DNA from: Sphingomonas adhaesiva
GTDB taxonomy: Bacteria > Pseudomonadota > Alphaproteobacteria > Sphingomonadales > Sphingomonadaceae
Length of the DNA stretch: 64,000 bases
Assembly: GCF_036946305.1 (NCBI RefSeq)
Contig: NZ_JAQIJJ010000005.1
Location: 266,052 to 330,051, forward strand
Reading direction: 5' to 3'
The notes under the pieces are model-generated. The model worked only from the letters and a program-made list of their open reading frames with translations, made no database searches and was not told the DNA's origin. Positions 51,236 through 60,552 of this stretch are shown piece after piece; position 1 is the stretch's first letter, and each line of letters begins with the position of its first letter. Made by a program: the position numbers and the translations under genes.

Positions 51236-52446
51236 TCCGCGGCCTCGGGTTTCTTGTCGAGGCCCATGGCGGCGAGGATCTCGGGCCGGATGTTGTCGCT
51301 GCCCTTGGCGGCGACATGCTGCGCGACGCGTGCGCCGACCGCGGCCTGCGCCTCGCCGATGAAGCGCGGGCGGTTGTCCGCGGCCCAGCGCAGCGAGGCG
51401 TCGCGGTTGGCGTTCGAATCCTGGAACGTCGGCATGACGTGGCGCGCGATCAGCTCGTAGCTTTTCTTCTTCGCGTCCCATTCGGCCCAGTTGGTGTCGA
51501 GCGTCAAATAGGCGCCGAAGCCGCCCGACTGTTCCTGCAACCGCGCGATCTGCGCGACCGCATCTTCCGGCGTGCCGACCACCGCCATGCCGCTGTCGAC
51601 CAGCGAATCGACCGGATCGCTGCCGTCGTTCGGCGCGAGCGGGAGCGCGGCGACCTCGCGGAAATAGTAGAGCCACTGCTCGATGCCGTAGCGGACCTGC
51701 GCGCGCGCCTCCTCACGCGTGGCGGCGACGTGCATCGGGCCGACGAGGCGCCAGCCGTCGCGGTTCATGATGCGCCCGGCCTCCTTCGCCTGCGCCTCCG
51801 CGATCGCCCAGTTGCTGGCGAGCGCGTTGAAGCCGCCGGCCTGGGTCGCGCCGATCGACAACATGCCGACGCCGTGGCGCCCCGCCGCCTGTGCCCCGGT
51901 GGGCGACACCTGGCTCGCCACCGCGATCTCGACCGAGGGGCGGGTATAGGGACGCATCTGGAGCCGCGCCTCGTTGAGGGTGAACCAGTCGGTCTCCTTG
52001 GTCACCACCTCGCCGCGGAGCAGCGGGACCAGCACGTCGAGCGCCTCGTCCATGCGGTCGCGCTGCTTCGCCACCGGGATGCCCATCATGAACGCGTCGG
52101 AGGGGAGCGCGCCCGGGCCGACGCCGAACATCACGCGGCCGCGGGTGACATGGTCGAGCTGGTTGATGCGGTCCGCCAGCATCAGCGGATGGTGGTACGG
52201 CAGCGAGGAGACGCCGGTGCCGAGCCGGATGTGCCTGGTCCGCTCCGCGACGGTGGCGATGAACAGTTCGGGGCTGGCGATCAGTTCGTAGCCGGCGGAA
52301 TGATGCTCGCCGATCCACGCCTCGTCATAGCCGAGCTTGTCCATATGGACGACGAGATCGAGATCGCGCTCGATCGCCTGCGTGGGGTTCTCCCCCAGCG
52401 GGTGGAAGGGCGCGATGAACGCCCCGAAGCGCAGCCGGTCGGCCAT
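51232..52446 (-). CDS. LLM-class (luciferase-like) flavin-dependent monooxygenase
   Basis: Reads FGAFIAPFHPLGENPTQAIERDLDLVVHMDKLGYDEAWIGEHHS. GAGGAGAG precedes the ATG. Confidence 0.9.
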   Translation of the reverse strand: MADRLRFGAFIAPFHPLGENPTQAIERDLDLVVHMDKLGYDEAWIGEHHSAGYELIASPELFIATVAERTRHIRLGTGVSSLPYHHPLMLADRINQLDHVTRGRVMFGVGPGALPSDAFMMGIPVAKQRDRMDEALDVLVPLLRGEVVTKETDWFTLNEARLQMRPYTRPSVEIAVASQVSPTGAQAAGRHGVGMLSIGATQAGGFNALASNWAIAEAQAKEAGRIMNRDGWRLVGPMHVAATREEARAQVRYGIEQWLYYFREVAALPLAPNDGSDPVDSLVDSGMAVVGTPEDAVAQIARLQEQSGGFGAYLTLDTNWAEWDAKKKSYELIARHVMPTFQDSNANRDASLRWAADNRPRFIGEAQAAVGARVAQHVAAKGSDNIRPEILAAMGLDKKPEAAE

Positions 52447-52519
52447 GCCACTCTCCTCAGCATAAGTTTTGTTCTGGAACCGAAGCTATGTCGATCGGTT
52501 GGGAGAGTCCAAGGAAAAG

Positions 52520-52948
52520 TTACCCGCGGCGGCGATCCTTGGGGCGGAAGGATCCGCGCGCGAGCCAGACGCCCGCCGCCAGCAGCGCGAGCGGCGCCAG
52601 CCACAGCGCGATCGTGGCGCGGCCCAGCGGCGGATCGTAGCTGACGTAATCGCCGTAGCGCTGGATCAACCAGTCGCGCACCTGCACCGGGGTGTCGCCC
52701 GCGGCGATGCGCTGACGCACCAACGCGCGCATCTCGCCCGCCATATCGGCATCCGAATCGGCGATCGACTGGCCCTGACACACGAGGCAGCGCAGCGTCT
52801 CCATCAGCGCGCGTGCCTGCTTCTCCTGCGCGGGGTCGCGCAGCTGGGTGTAGGCGAGCGCGGCATTGGGGGTCTGGGCGGTGACGGGGGTGGCGAGCGC
52901 GAGGAGTGCCAGCCCGGCAGCACGCCACATCCGCGCCGCCACCCTCAT
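52520..52948 (-). CDS. ccmH: cytochrome c maturation protein CcmH
   Basis: Signal peptide and LRCLVCQGQS (CxxC). The ATG overlaps the ccmG stop. Confidence 0.9.
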   Translation of the reverse strand: MRVAARMWRAAGLALLALATPVTAQTPNAALAYTQLRDPAQEKQARALMETLRCLVCQGQSIADSDADMAGEMRALVRQRIAAGDTPVQVRDWLIQRYGDYVSYDPPLGRATIALWLAPLALLAAGVWLARGSFRPKDRRRG

Positions 52949-53472
52949 TTCGCCTCCGCCAGGGCTTGGAGCAGTTCGGGAACGTCGTCGGCGCGGATGT
53001 CGCCGACGTGCTGCTTCACGATGATGCCGCGGCCGTCGACCACGAACGTCTCCGGCACCCCCGACGAGCCGAGCGCGAGCTGCACCCGGCTGTGGGGGTC
53101 GCTGCCGATGCGGGCATAGGGATCGCCGTTGCGGCGCAGGAAGGCGGTGACGGCGTCGGGCGTGTCCTTGATCGCGACCGCATCGATCGGCACGCCCGCG
53201 GCCTTGAGCGCCATCAGCTGCGGCGCCTCCGCGATGCACGGCACGCACCAGCTGGCGAAGACGTTGAGGAGGCGGGGCTTGCCCTGACGGAAGTCGGCGC
53301 TCGCCACGCCGGGCTTGCCCGGGATCATCGCGGGCAGGACGAAATCGGGCACCGGCTTGCCCACCATCGCCGACCAGATGGTGCGATCGGCGGGCTTGTA
53401 CAGGCCCCAGGCGATCACCCCCGCGACCATGACGAAGACCAGCAGCGGCGCCCAGATCAGCCAGCGCTTCAT
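52945..53472 (-). CDS. ccmG: thiol:disulfide interchange protein CcmG/DsbE
   Basis: TM anchor, thioredoxin motif WCVPC and GVPETF. The ATG overlaps the ccmF stop. Confidence 0.92.
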   Translation of the reverse strand: MKRWLIWAPLLVFVMVAGVIAWGLYKPADRTIWSAMVGKPVPDFVLPAMIPGKPGVASADFRQGKPRLLNVFASWCVPCIAEAPQLMALKAAGVPIDAVAIKDTPDAVTAFLRRNGDPYARIGSDPHSRVQLALGSSGVPETFVVDGRGIIVKQHVGDIRADDVPELLQALAEAK

Positions 53473-55397
53473 GCGTACTGCTCCTGCCGGCGGCCGAGGC
53501 GGAAGCGGCGCCACTGGTGGCCCACCAGCGACAGCATGCCGCCGATCGCGATCAGCGCGCCGCCGGCCCAGATCAGTGTCACGAACGGCTTCCACCACAA
53601 TCGCAACTGCCAGCGCCCGTCGTCACCCAGCGTGCCGAGCACGGTGTAGAGCTGGCCGTCCCAGCGGGTCGCGATCGCGCTTTCGTTGGTGGTGGTCACC
53701 GGATCGGTGAAATAGCGGACCTGCGGGCGCAGCACGAAGGGGGTGGCGTCCTCTCCACGCGTCACCTCCAACCGGCCCTCCAGCGCGGACCAGTTCTGCC
53801 CGATCACGGGGCGGACACCGACGAGGCGGACGGTGAAGTCGCCGACGCGCGCGGGCTGCGCGACGCCGACCGCGACCAGCGTCTCCTGCGTATAGGCGGT
53901 GCTGATCGCCATCCCGGCCAGCGACACCGCGATGCCGAGGTGCGCGACGACCATGCCCCACAGGTGCAGCGGCGCGCGGCGCAGGTTGCGCTTCGCCAGC
54001 GGGGCGACGCTGGCGACCGCGAGACCGGCGGAAAGCGCCACGCCCGCGAGCGGCAGCATTCCGATCGGCCCGCCCAGCACGAACACGCCCGCGCCCGCGA
54101 ACAAGGCGGCGGCAAGCGGCGCGAAGAGGCGGCCCAGCACCTCGTTCGCATCGTCGCGCCGCCACCGCATCAGCGGCCCCGCCGCCATGATCGCCACCAG
54201 GATCAGCGCGATCGGCCCCGTCGTCGCGTCGAAGAAGGGCGGGCCGACCGACAGCTGCGTCCCCATCGCGCCGGCCACGATCGGGTAGAAGGTGCCGATC
54301 AGCACGATGCCGAGGATGACGGTGAGCAGCAGGTTGTTGGCGACCAGCGACCCTTCGCGGCTGACGGGTTCGAACAATTTGCCCTGCCGCACCGTGCCGA
54401 TCCGCGCGCCGAACAGCGCCAGCGCGCCACCGATGTACAGCACCAGCAGCGCGAGGATGAACGACCCGCGCGTGGGATCGACCGCAAAGGCATGGACGCT
54501 GGTGAGGATGCCCGAACGGACCAGGAAGGTGCCGATCATGCTCATCGAGAAGGCGACCACCGCCAGCATCACCGTCCAGGCGCGCAACCCGTCGCGCGTC
54601 GCGAGCACGGTGACCGAGTGGAGCAGCGCGGTGGCAGCGAGCCACGGCATCAGCGAGGCATTCTCGACCGGATCCCAGAACCACCAGCCGCCCCAGCCGA
54701 GCTCGTAATAGGCCCAGTAGGAGCCGGCGGTGATGCCCAGCGTCAGGAACACCCAGGCGCCGAGCACCCACGGTCGCATCGCACGCGCGAAGGCGGGACC
54801 GACGTCGCGCGTCACCAGCGCGCCGACCGCGAAGGAGAAGGCGACGCTCAGGCCGACATAGCCGGCGTAGAGCGTCGGCGGGTGGAAGGCGAGGCCGGGA
54901 TCCTGCAACAGCGGGTTGAGCCCGGCGCCGTCCGCGGGCGCGGGCGAGAGCCGCGCGAAGGGATTGGAGGCGAACAGCAGGAACGCGAAGAAGCCGAGCG
55001 CGATCACCGCCTGTGCGCCCAGCGTGGCGACGAGCGTGCGCTCCGACAGGCGATGCTCGAACCGCGCCACCGCGGCCCCCGCGACGCCGAGGATGGTGAC
55101 CCACAGCAGCATCGAGCCTTCGTGGTTCCCCCAAGCGCCGGCGAATTTGTAGAGCCAGGGCTTCTGCGAATGGCTGTTGGCGGCAACCAGCGCGACCGAC
55201 ATGTCGGAGGCGAGGAAGGCGGCGATCAGCGCGCCCATCGCGATGGCGGTGAGGACGCCCTGCACGATCGCGACCGCGCGGATCGCGGCGGCGGCGGCGT
55301 CGTGGTTGCGGCGGAGCGAGAGCGTGGCGAGCAGCACCTGCAACGCCGCGAGCGCCGCGGCGAACCAGAGCGCGGCGAGGCCGGTTTCGGCGGTCAT
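53469..55397 (-). CDS. ccmF: heme lyase CcmF
   Basis: WWD motif WGGWWFWDPVEN and multiple TM segments. I prefer the ATG at 55397 (MTAETGLAALWF). Confidence 0.95.
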   Translation of the reverse strand: MTAETGLAALWFAAALAALQVLLATLSLRRNHDAAAAAIRAVAIVQGVLTAIAMGALIAAFLASDMSVALVAANSHSQKPWLYKFAGAWGNHEGSMLLWVTILGVAGAAVARFEHRLSERTLVATLGAQAVIALGFFAFLLFASNPFARLSPAPADGAGLNPLLQDPGLAFHPPTLYAGYVGLSVAFSFAVGALVTRDVGPAFARAMRPWVLGAWVFLTLGITAGSYWAYYELGWGGWWFWDPVENASLMPWLAATALLHSVTVLATRDGLRAWTVMLAVVAFSMSMIGTFLVRSGILTSVHAFAVDPTRGSFILALLVLYIGGALALFGARIGTVRQGKLFEPVSREGSLVANNLLLTVILGIVLIGTFYPIVAGAMGTQLSVGPPFFDATTGPIALILVAIMAAGPLMRWRRDDANEVLGRLFAPLAAALFAGAGVFVLGGPIGMLPLAGVALSAGLAVASVAPLAKRNLRRAPLHLWGMVVAHLGIAVSLAGMAISTAYTQETLVAVGVAQPARVGDFTVRLVGVRPVIGQNWSALEGRLEVTRGEDATPFVLRPQVRYFTDPVTTTNESAIATRWDGQLYTVLGTLGDDGRWQLRLWWKPFVTLIWAGGALIAIGGMLSLVGHQWRRFRLGRRQEQYA

Positions 55398-55483
55398 GCG
55401 GGGCGGGGCGGGGTGGTCACGCGGGATGCTGTAGCGGCGCCAGGGAGTGGCGGAAAGAGCATCGCCTCGGTCGACCAGCCTTA

Positions 55484-56626
55484 TCAAACCTTGAGGATAT
55501 CGAGGAGGGGATCAAAGGCGTATAGCGCAGCGCGGCGTCCAGCTGCCGGCTCGATCGTGCGCAGCAATCCGTCCTCCAGCAGCCGTCGCGACAGGATGCG
55601 AGCGGACGACGCGGGAATACCGGACCGCTCCACGAAACGATCGTTGCGAAAGACCGGATGAGCGAACACGAAATCAAGCACACGGTCGTGATATTGCGAG
55701 TTCAATACGCCACGAAAACGTTCTCGCAGGCCACCATATAACGACAGGATCATGTCCGCCGTCTGCGTATTCACCGTTGCCTGTGCATACATGGCACGAA
55801 GGAAGAATATGCTCCAACCCGACCAATCCCCCGCGGCGGACACATCCCGCATTCGTTCGATATATTCCTCCTTGTGTCGTTCGAAATAACCGGACACAAA
55901 GAAATTTGGCTGACTGATGATCCCCAGCTTCCATAACATCAGCGTAATCAGCATTCGACCGATCCGGCCGTTACCGTCTTCGAACGGGTGTAACGCTTCG
56001 AACTCGACATGGGTCATGGCCGTGCGCAGGAGCGGACGCATCATGTCACCGTTCATGAAGTGAACAAGCCGTTCCATCGCGGGCGCAAGCTGCTCCGGCG
56101 CAATGGGAATATAGTAAATCTTCCCCTTGCGATCGTCACCGATATAATTCTGCTCGACCTTATAAGCACCGGGACGTTTACGCGCTCCGCGTCCGAACGA
56201 CAGCAATTGCTGGTGCGCCGCCTTTATCAAATGTTCGCTCAAGGGAGCGCCCTCGGAGATAGCCTGCTGTGCGTCACGCAATACCCGAGAATACAGATAC
56301 GTCTCAACGTCATCGTTTCGGGCTTCACGATAGCTCGTGTCAGCGCCCGCATCCTCGTCTGCTTCCAGGCGGTACAGATCTTCGATGGTCGAGATCGTTC
56401 CCTCCATCCGCGACGAACTGACCGCATCCTGGCGGCGCAATGGCGCGAGAAACAGCTCGCTGTTCACCATGCTCGCCATTTTCGCATCATATCGCGCCAA
56501 CGAGGCCGCTGCGTCCTCCAGCGGTCCCAAAATCGCCTCGTAGTCGAGTTTTGCGGGCGGAAACTCGCCCATGTGATACGATACGGCCCCCGTCAGGTCG
56601 AAGCGATTGACGCTCATTTCATGCAT
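55484..56626 (-). CDS. fic: Fic-family protein (class II, internal inhibitory helix)
   Basis: Fic motif HPFEDGNGRIGR, an N-terminal [S/T]xxxE[G/N] match SSRMEG and a C-terminal wHTH-like tail. A/T-ending codons are clearly enriched. An alternative ATG lies at 56617. Confidence 0.92.
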   Translation of the reverse strand: MHEMSVNRFDLTGAVSYHMGEFPPAKLDYEAILGPLEDAAASLARYDAKMASMVNSELFLAPLRRQDAVSSSRMEGTISTIEDLYRLEADEDAGADTSYREARNDDVETYLYSRVLRDAQQAISEGAPLSEHLIKAAHQQLLSFGRGARKRPGAYKVEQNYIGDDRKGKIYYIPIAPEQLAPAMERLVHFMNGDMMRPLLRTAMTHVEFEALHPFEDGNGRIGRMLITLMLWKLGIISQPNFFVSGYFERHKEEYIERMRDVSAAGDWSGWSIFFLRAMYAQATVNTQTADMILSLYGGLRERFRGVLNSQYHDRVLDFVFAHPVFRNDRFVERSGIPASSARILSRRLLEDGLLRTIEPAAGRRAALYAFDPLLDILKV

Positions 56627-56654
56627 CTCATTGTCATCAACGTTGATTGACTAC

Positions 56655-56683
56655 CAAATACTGGTGACAACAAAATTTGACAA
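56655..56683 (-). promoter_or_regulatory. candidate sigma-70 promoter of fic
   Basis: The minus strand reads TTGTCA (56683-56678), a 17-nt spacer, then TATTTG (56660-56655), about 30 nt upstream of the fic ATG. It overlaps an inverted repeat. Confidence 0.4.
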
Positions 56684-56787
56684 CAGGATTGCCACTTGTT
56701 TGATTGGCAAATTCCGTTGTCGCCAGTATCTGATCGCCTACGACGTTTGCCGACAGGATCATTCCCCAAACTATCATCAATCAGCGA

Positions 56788-58083
56788 TCAGGGACGCTCA
56801 TATGCCTTCGGCAACGCCCCCTCCACCGGCACCAGATAGCGGTCGCGCAGCAGGCGCTGGCGCGAGTCCATCGGTTGCGGCTGGCCGTCGATCCACACCG
56901 CCTCCGGGGCGCTCGACAGTTCCAGCGGGTCGCCGTCCCACAGCACCACGTCGGCACGCCGACCCGCGCGCAGTGAGCCGATCTCGCCGTCCATGCCGAT
57001 CGCCGCGGCGGGGCCGCTGGTGATCGCGGCGAACGCCTGGCCCCAGTCGAGCCCGGTCGCGCCCGGCACGCGCGTGATGGCGACCAGATTGCCCGCGAAC
57101 TGGCGCAGGACATGGTCGCCCGATTGCGTGCCGCCGCCCGTCAGCGCCACCTGCACCCCCGCGGCGCGCATCCGGCCGACGTTGGATTCGGTCGCGGCGA
57201 GGCTTTCGAACGCGATCGGCAGATCGGCGAGCGCATCGGCGATCACCGGCACGCGCGCGGCGGCGATCTCGCGCGCGACCAGCCAGCCTTCGTTGGCGCC
57301 GACCAGCACCAGCCGGAGGCGCGGATAGTCGCGCTTCAGCGCCAGCACGTTGCGGATGTCGCTGGCGCGCTGGACATGGACCAGCAGCGGCACCGCCCCG
57401 TCGAGCACGCGCAGCAGCGCCTGCGCGTCGTTGCGCTTCACCAGCGCCTCGCGCGTGCGGCCGTCGAACGCCGCCGGATTGCGGCGATAGTCCTGCGCCT
57501 GTTCGAACGAATCGCGCAGCAGCGCATAGGCGGCGGAGCGGCTGCCCCCCGCCAGCCGGCCGCCATCCTCGCCCAGCTCGACATATTGGAAGGCGCGCGG
57601 GCGCGTCACCGCATCGGCATCGGCGCCGAGATCGATCACCGCCCCCTGCCCGGCGAAGATCGACCCGCCCGCGGACGGCGCGACGATCGCGCGCGTCACC
57701 CCGCCCAGCCGCTCGTCAGCGACCTTCACGCTGGCGGGATTGACCGCGTCCGAGACGTCGATCGACGCCTTGTAGGGCGAGTTGCGCGCGCCGACGTCGT
57801 TGCTTTCCGACACGCCATCGGCATCGATCAGCGACAGGTCGCTCATCGCCGAGACGATCCCGGCGGAGACCCATTTGCCGGTCGCGTCGATCACCTGCGC
57901 ACCGGCGGGCACCGCCACGCCGCGCCCGGCAGCGACGATGCGACCGCCCGAGATGACGACGGTGCCGCGCTCGACCGGCGCGCTGCCGTCGCCGATCGCG
58001 ACGGTGCCGTTGGTGATCGCGATGGTTTGCGCCATCGCGGGGGTGGCGAGCATGGTCGCCAAGAGGAGGAGCGCGCGCGTCAC
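56788..58083 (-). CDS. exported amidohydrolase-family protein
   Basis: Signal peptide MTRALLLLATMLATPAMA and amidohydrolase fold. The GTG start overlaps the upstream stop (GTGA). Confidence 0.85.
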   Translation of the reverse strand: MTRALLLLATMLATPAMAQTIAITNGTVAIGDGSAPVERGTVVISGGRIVAAGRGVAVPAGAQVIDATGKWVSAGIVSAMSDLSLIDADGVSESNDVGARNSPYKASIDVSDAVNPASVKVADERLGGVTRAIVAPSAGGSIFAGQGAVIDLGADADAVTRPRAFQYVELGEDGGRLAGGSRSAAYALLRDSFEQAQDYRRNPAAFDGRTREALVKRNDAQALLRVLDGAVPLLVHVQRASDIRNVLALKRDYPRLRLVLVGANEGWLVAREIAAARVPVIADALADLPIAFESLAATESNVGRMRAAGVQVALTGGGTQSGDHVLRQFAGNLVAITRVPGATGLDWGQAFAAITSGPAAAIGMDGEIGSLRAGRRADVVLWDGDPLELSSAPEAVWIDGQPQPMDSRQRLLRDRYLVPVEGALPKAYERP

Positions 58084-59501
58084 TTGACGTCTCCCATGCC
58101 CGGCTGGCCCAGTTCGAAATCGCTCACCGGGCGGCGGCGCGGATCGGTCGCGTCATAGAGGAGCGCGCCGTCGACCCACACCTTCTCCGGCCGGGTATAG
58201 ACGCTGAACGGATCGCCGTTCCACAGCACCGCATCGGCCATCTTGCCGGGCTTCAGGCTGCCGGTCTGGCGATCGATGCCGAGCGCCCGGGCCGGCGCGA
58301 TCGACAGCCAGGTCCAGGCGTGTTCCGGCGTCACCGGCATGCCCGCATGGCGCGCCGAGGCCATGACCTTGGCCACTTCCTGGTTCAGCCGCTGGATCCC
58401 GTTGGCGTCGTCGGAATGGATCATCGCGCAGGCGCCGGCGCGGTCGAGGATAGCGAGATTCTCGCCGATCCCGTCGAAGCTCTCCATCTTGAACCCGTAC
58501 CAGTCGGCCCAGACCGCGGCGCAGGTGCCGTTGGCCTTCAACAGGTCGGCGATCTTGTACGCCTCCACCGCATGGTGGAAGGCGGTGACCTTGTAGCCGA
58601 ACTCCTTCGCCATATCGAGGACGATGGCCATTTCATCGGCGCGGTAGCAATGGTTCTGGACCAGGATCTCGCCCGACAGCACGCCGCGCAGCGTGTCCAT
58701 CGCGATGTCGCGGTCGGGCGGATCGCCGCCCTCCTTCTCGTACTTGTCCCATTTGCGCTTGTACGCCGCGGCGCGCGCCCAGGTCTGGCGATCGACCGCG
58801 ACATTGCCCATCCGCGTCGACGGCTTCTGGTTCTTCGTCCCATAGACGCGCTTGGGATTCTCGCCGCACGCCATCTTCAGGCCATAAGGCGCGCCGGGAA
58901 ACTTCATCGCCTGCATGGTGCGGGCATAGACGTTCTTCACCACCACCGATCGCCCGCCCATGAGGTTGGCCGAGCCGGGCAGGATCTGGAGCGTGGTGAC
59001 GCCGCCGTTGGCGAGCGCGCGGGAGAAGCCGGGGTCCTGCGGCCAGACGCTGTGCTCGGCCCAGACGTCCGCGGTGACCGGCGCGGTCGCCTCGTTGCCG
59101 TCGGAATGCGCCTGCACCCCGGGGCTGGGATAGTCGCCGAGATGGCTGTGGATGTCGACGATGCCGGGCGTCAGATACTTGCCCTGTCCGTCGATCACCT
59201 GCGCACCCGCCGGCGCGTCGAGCGCCTGTCCGACCGCGACGACCTTGCCGTCGGCGAACAGCACCGCACCGTCGTCGATCCGTGCGCCCTCGCCATCGAA
59301 GACGGTGACGTGGCGCACCAGCGTCGGCACGCCGGGATAGGCATGATAGGTCGACGGGAACGGGTCGCGCGCATAGGGCACCGGCGGTGCCTTCGCGGCG
59401 GCGGTCTTCGGCCGTTCCTTGTCGCCCGCGCAGCCCGCCAGCGGCACGGCAGCGATCGTCAGCGCGAGGAACCCTCGCACCATCCTTTTGCGAACCCTCA
59501 T
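58080..59501 (-). CDS. amidohydrolase-family lipoprotein
   Basis: Lipobox LAGC, metal-binding GIVDIHSHLG and a distal D in MIHSDD. I prefer the ATG at 59501 (MRVRKRM). Confidence 0.88.
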   Translation of the reverse strand: MRVRKRMVRGFLALTIAAVPLAGCAGDKERPKTAAAKAPPVPYARDPFPSTYHAYPGVPTLVRHVTVFDGEGARIDDGAVLFADGKVVAVGQALDAPAGAQVIDGQGKYLTPGIVDIHSHLGDYPSPGVQAHSDGNEATAPVTADVWAEHSVWPQDPGFSRALANGGVTTLQILPGSANLMGGRSVVVKNVYARTMQAMKFPGAPYGLKMACGENPKRVYGTKNQKPSTRMGNVAVDRQTWARAAAYKRKWDKYEKEGGDPPDRDIAMDTLRGVLSGEILVQNHCYRADEMAIVLDMAKEFGYKVTAFHHAVEAYKIADLLKANGTCAAVWADWYGFKMESFDGIGENLAILDRAGACAMIHSDDANGIQRLNQEVAKVMASARHAGMPVTPEHAWTWLSIAPARALGIDRQTGSLKPGKMADAVLWNGDPFSVYTRPEKVWVDGALLYDATDPRRRPVSDFELGQPGMGDVK

Positions 59502-59557
59502 CTTTTTTTCTCTTTGCTCCCTGATGCGGCCATCATGCAGGGCGGCATCGGGGGCGG

Positions 59558-60385
59558 TCAAGCGACGAACAGCAGCTGCGCGCTGGCCACCGGCTCCCCC
59601 GCGATCGCCAGCGTGGCGGACAGTCGCGCGGTGCGCCGCCCGATCGCGTCGACCGTCGCGGTCGCGCGCGCCCCCGTGTCGCGCGCCGCGCGCAGATAGC
59701 GTATCGCGATGCTCGCCAGCCGCAGGTCGTCGCGCCCCAGCGTGGCGATGCGCTGCTGCCCCGCGCGCGCCAGCGCCGCCGCGACGGCGCCGCCGTGGAG
59801 CGCGGGCAGCCCGGTCCAGCCGATCGCCGCCCACACCTGCGGCGCCAGCGTCGCCTCATCCTCGCCCGCGCCGGCCAGCCCGATCATCGTCTGGAACGGC
59901 CCGGTCGCGACGACCGCGCGCTCGACATGCTCCGCCGTGCCGCTGCCGCCGGGCGGTTGCCCCATCGAGAACCACGCGCTGCCGGTCGCCACCGTGACGC
60001 CCGCGGCGTCGCGCACCTCGGCCTGCACCAGCCGCGCCGCACCGCCCGCGGGACCGACCGCGCGCGCGACGCCGGTGAGGTCGCCCGCCCCCGGCAGCGC
60101 CGCGAATCCGATCGCAAGGTCGATCGTCGCCATCGTCGTGGCCTCGCCGCCCTCCGCCATCAGGGGAGCGCTGGCGAGCTGGTCGATGAAGGGCAGCAGC
60201 GCCAGCGGATCGATCGTCTCCTCGCCCGCGCGCATCACCGCCGCCGTGGCGGGCAGGATCGCGTGGACCGCGGCGCCATCGCCCTCCCCCTCGACGACCC
60301 GCATCCCGATCGCACCGGCCATCGGTACACGGGCGAAACGATCGGTGAGCAGCGGCAGCGCGGACTTGGGCATATCTTGCGACAT
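59558..60385 (-). CDS. tandem hotdog-fold (PaaI-like thioesterase) protein
   Basis: Two repeats of a PaaI-like pattern (GAIGMRVVEGEGDGAAV ... TIDLAIGF; GLPALHGGAVAA ... IAIRYL). The function call is weak. I prefer the ATG at 60385. Confidence 0.6.
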   Translation of the reverse strand: MSQDMPKSALPLLTDRFARVPMAGAIGMRVVEGEGDGAAVHAILPATAAVMRAGEETIDPLALLPFIDQLASAPLMAEGGEATTMATIDLAIGFAALPGAGDLTGVARAVGPAGGAARLVQAEVRDAAGVTVATGSAWFSMGQPPGGSGTAEHVERAVVATGPFQTMIGLAGAGEDEATLAPQVWAAIGWTGLPALHGGAVAAALARAGQQRIATLGRDDLRLASIAIRYLRAARDTGARATATVDAIGRRTARLSATLAIAGEPVASAQLLFVA

Positions 60386-60552
60386 CCGATTCCGCGCCGA
60401 TCGCGTCAAGCCGCGATCGCGGCTCCTATTGGCGGGAACAATGTTCCGGCGCGGCGACAACAATAAACGTCGATCAGCATTATTGCCGAACGGCGTTGAC
60501 CCCTATCGTGGCGCTGACTAGAGGCCGGACATTCTCTTGCAGGAGCAGAACC

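Noticed and set aside
53517-55661. 714-aa + strand ORF opposite ccmF, plus similar ORFs 22360..24303 and 22424..24295 over the OPT gene and 14630..16357 and 16392..17849 opposite degP and DUF853
   Set aside because: All are antisense or out of frame to genes with clear family motifs, and all have Arg/Gly/Asp/His-dominated composition.
55484-56787. fic as part of a toxin-antitoxin pair or prophage remnant
   Set aside because: There is no small upstream or downstream partner ORF and no integrase, tRNA or phage genes. The inhibitory motif is internal (class II), so a separate antitoxin is not expected.
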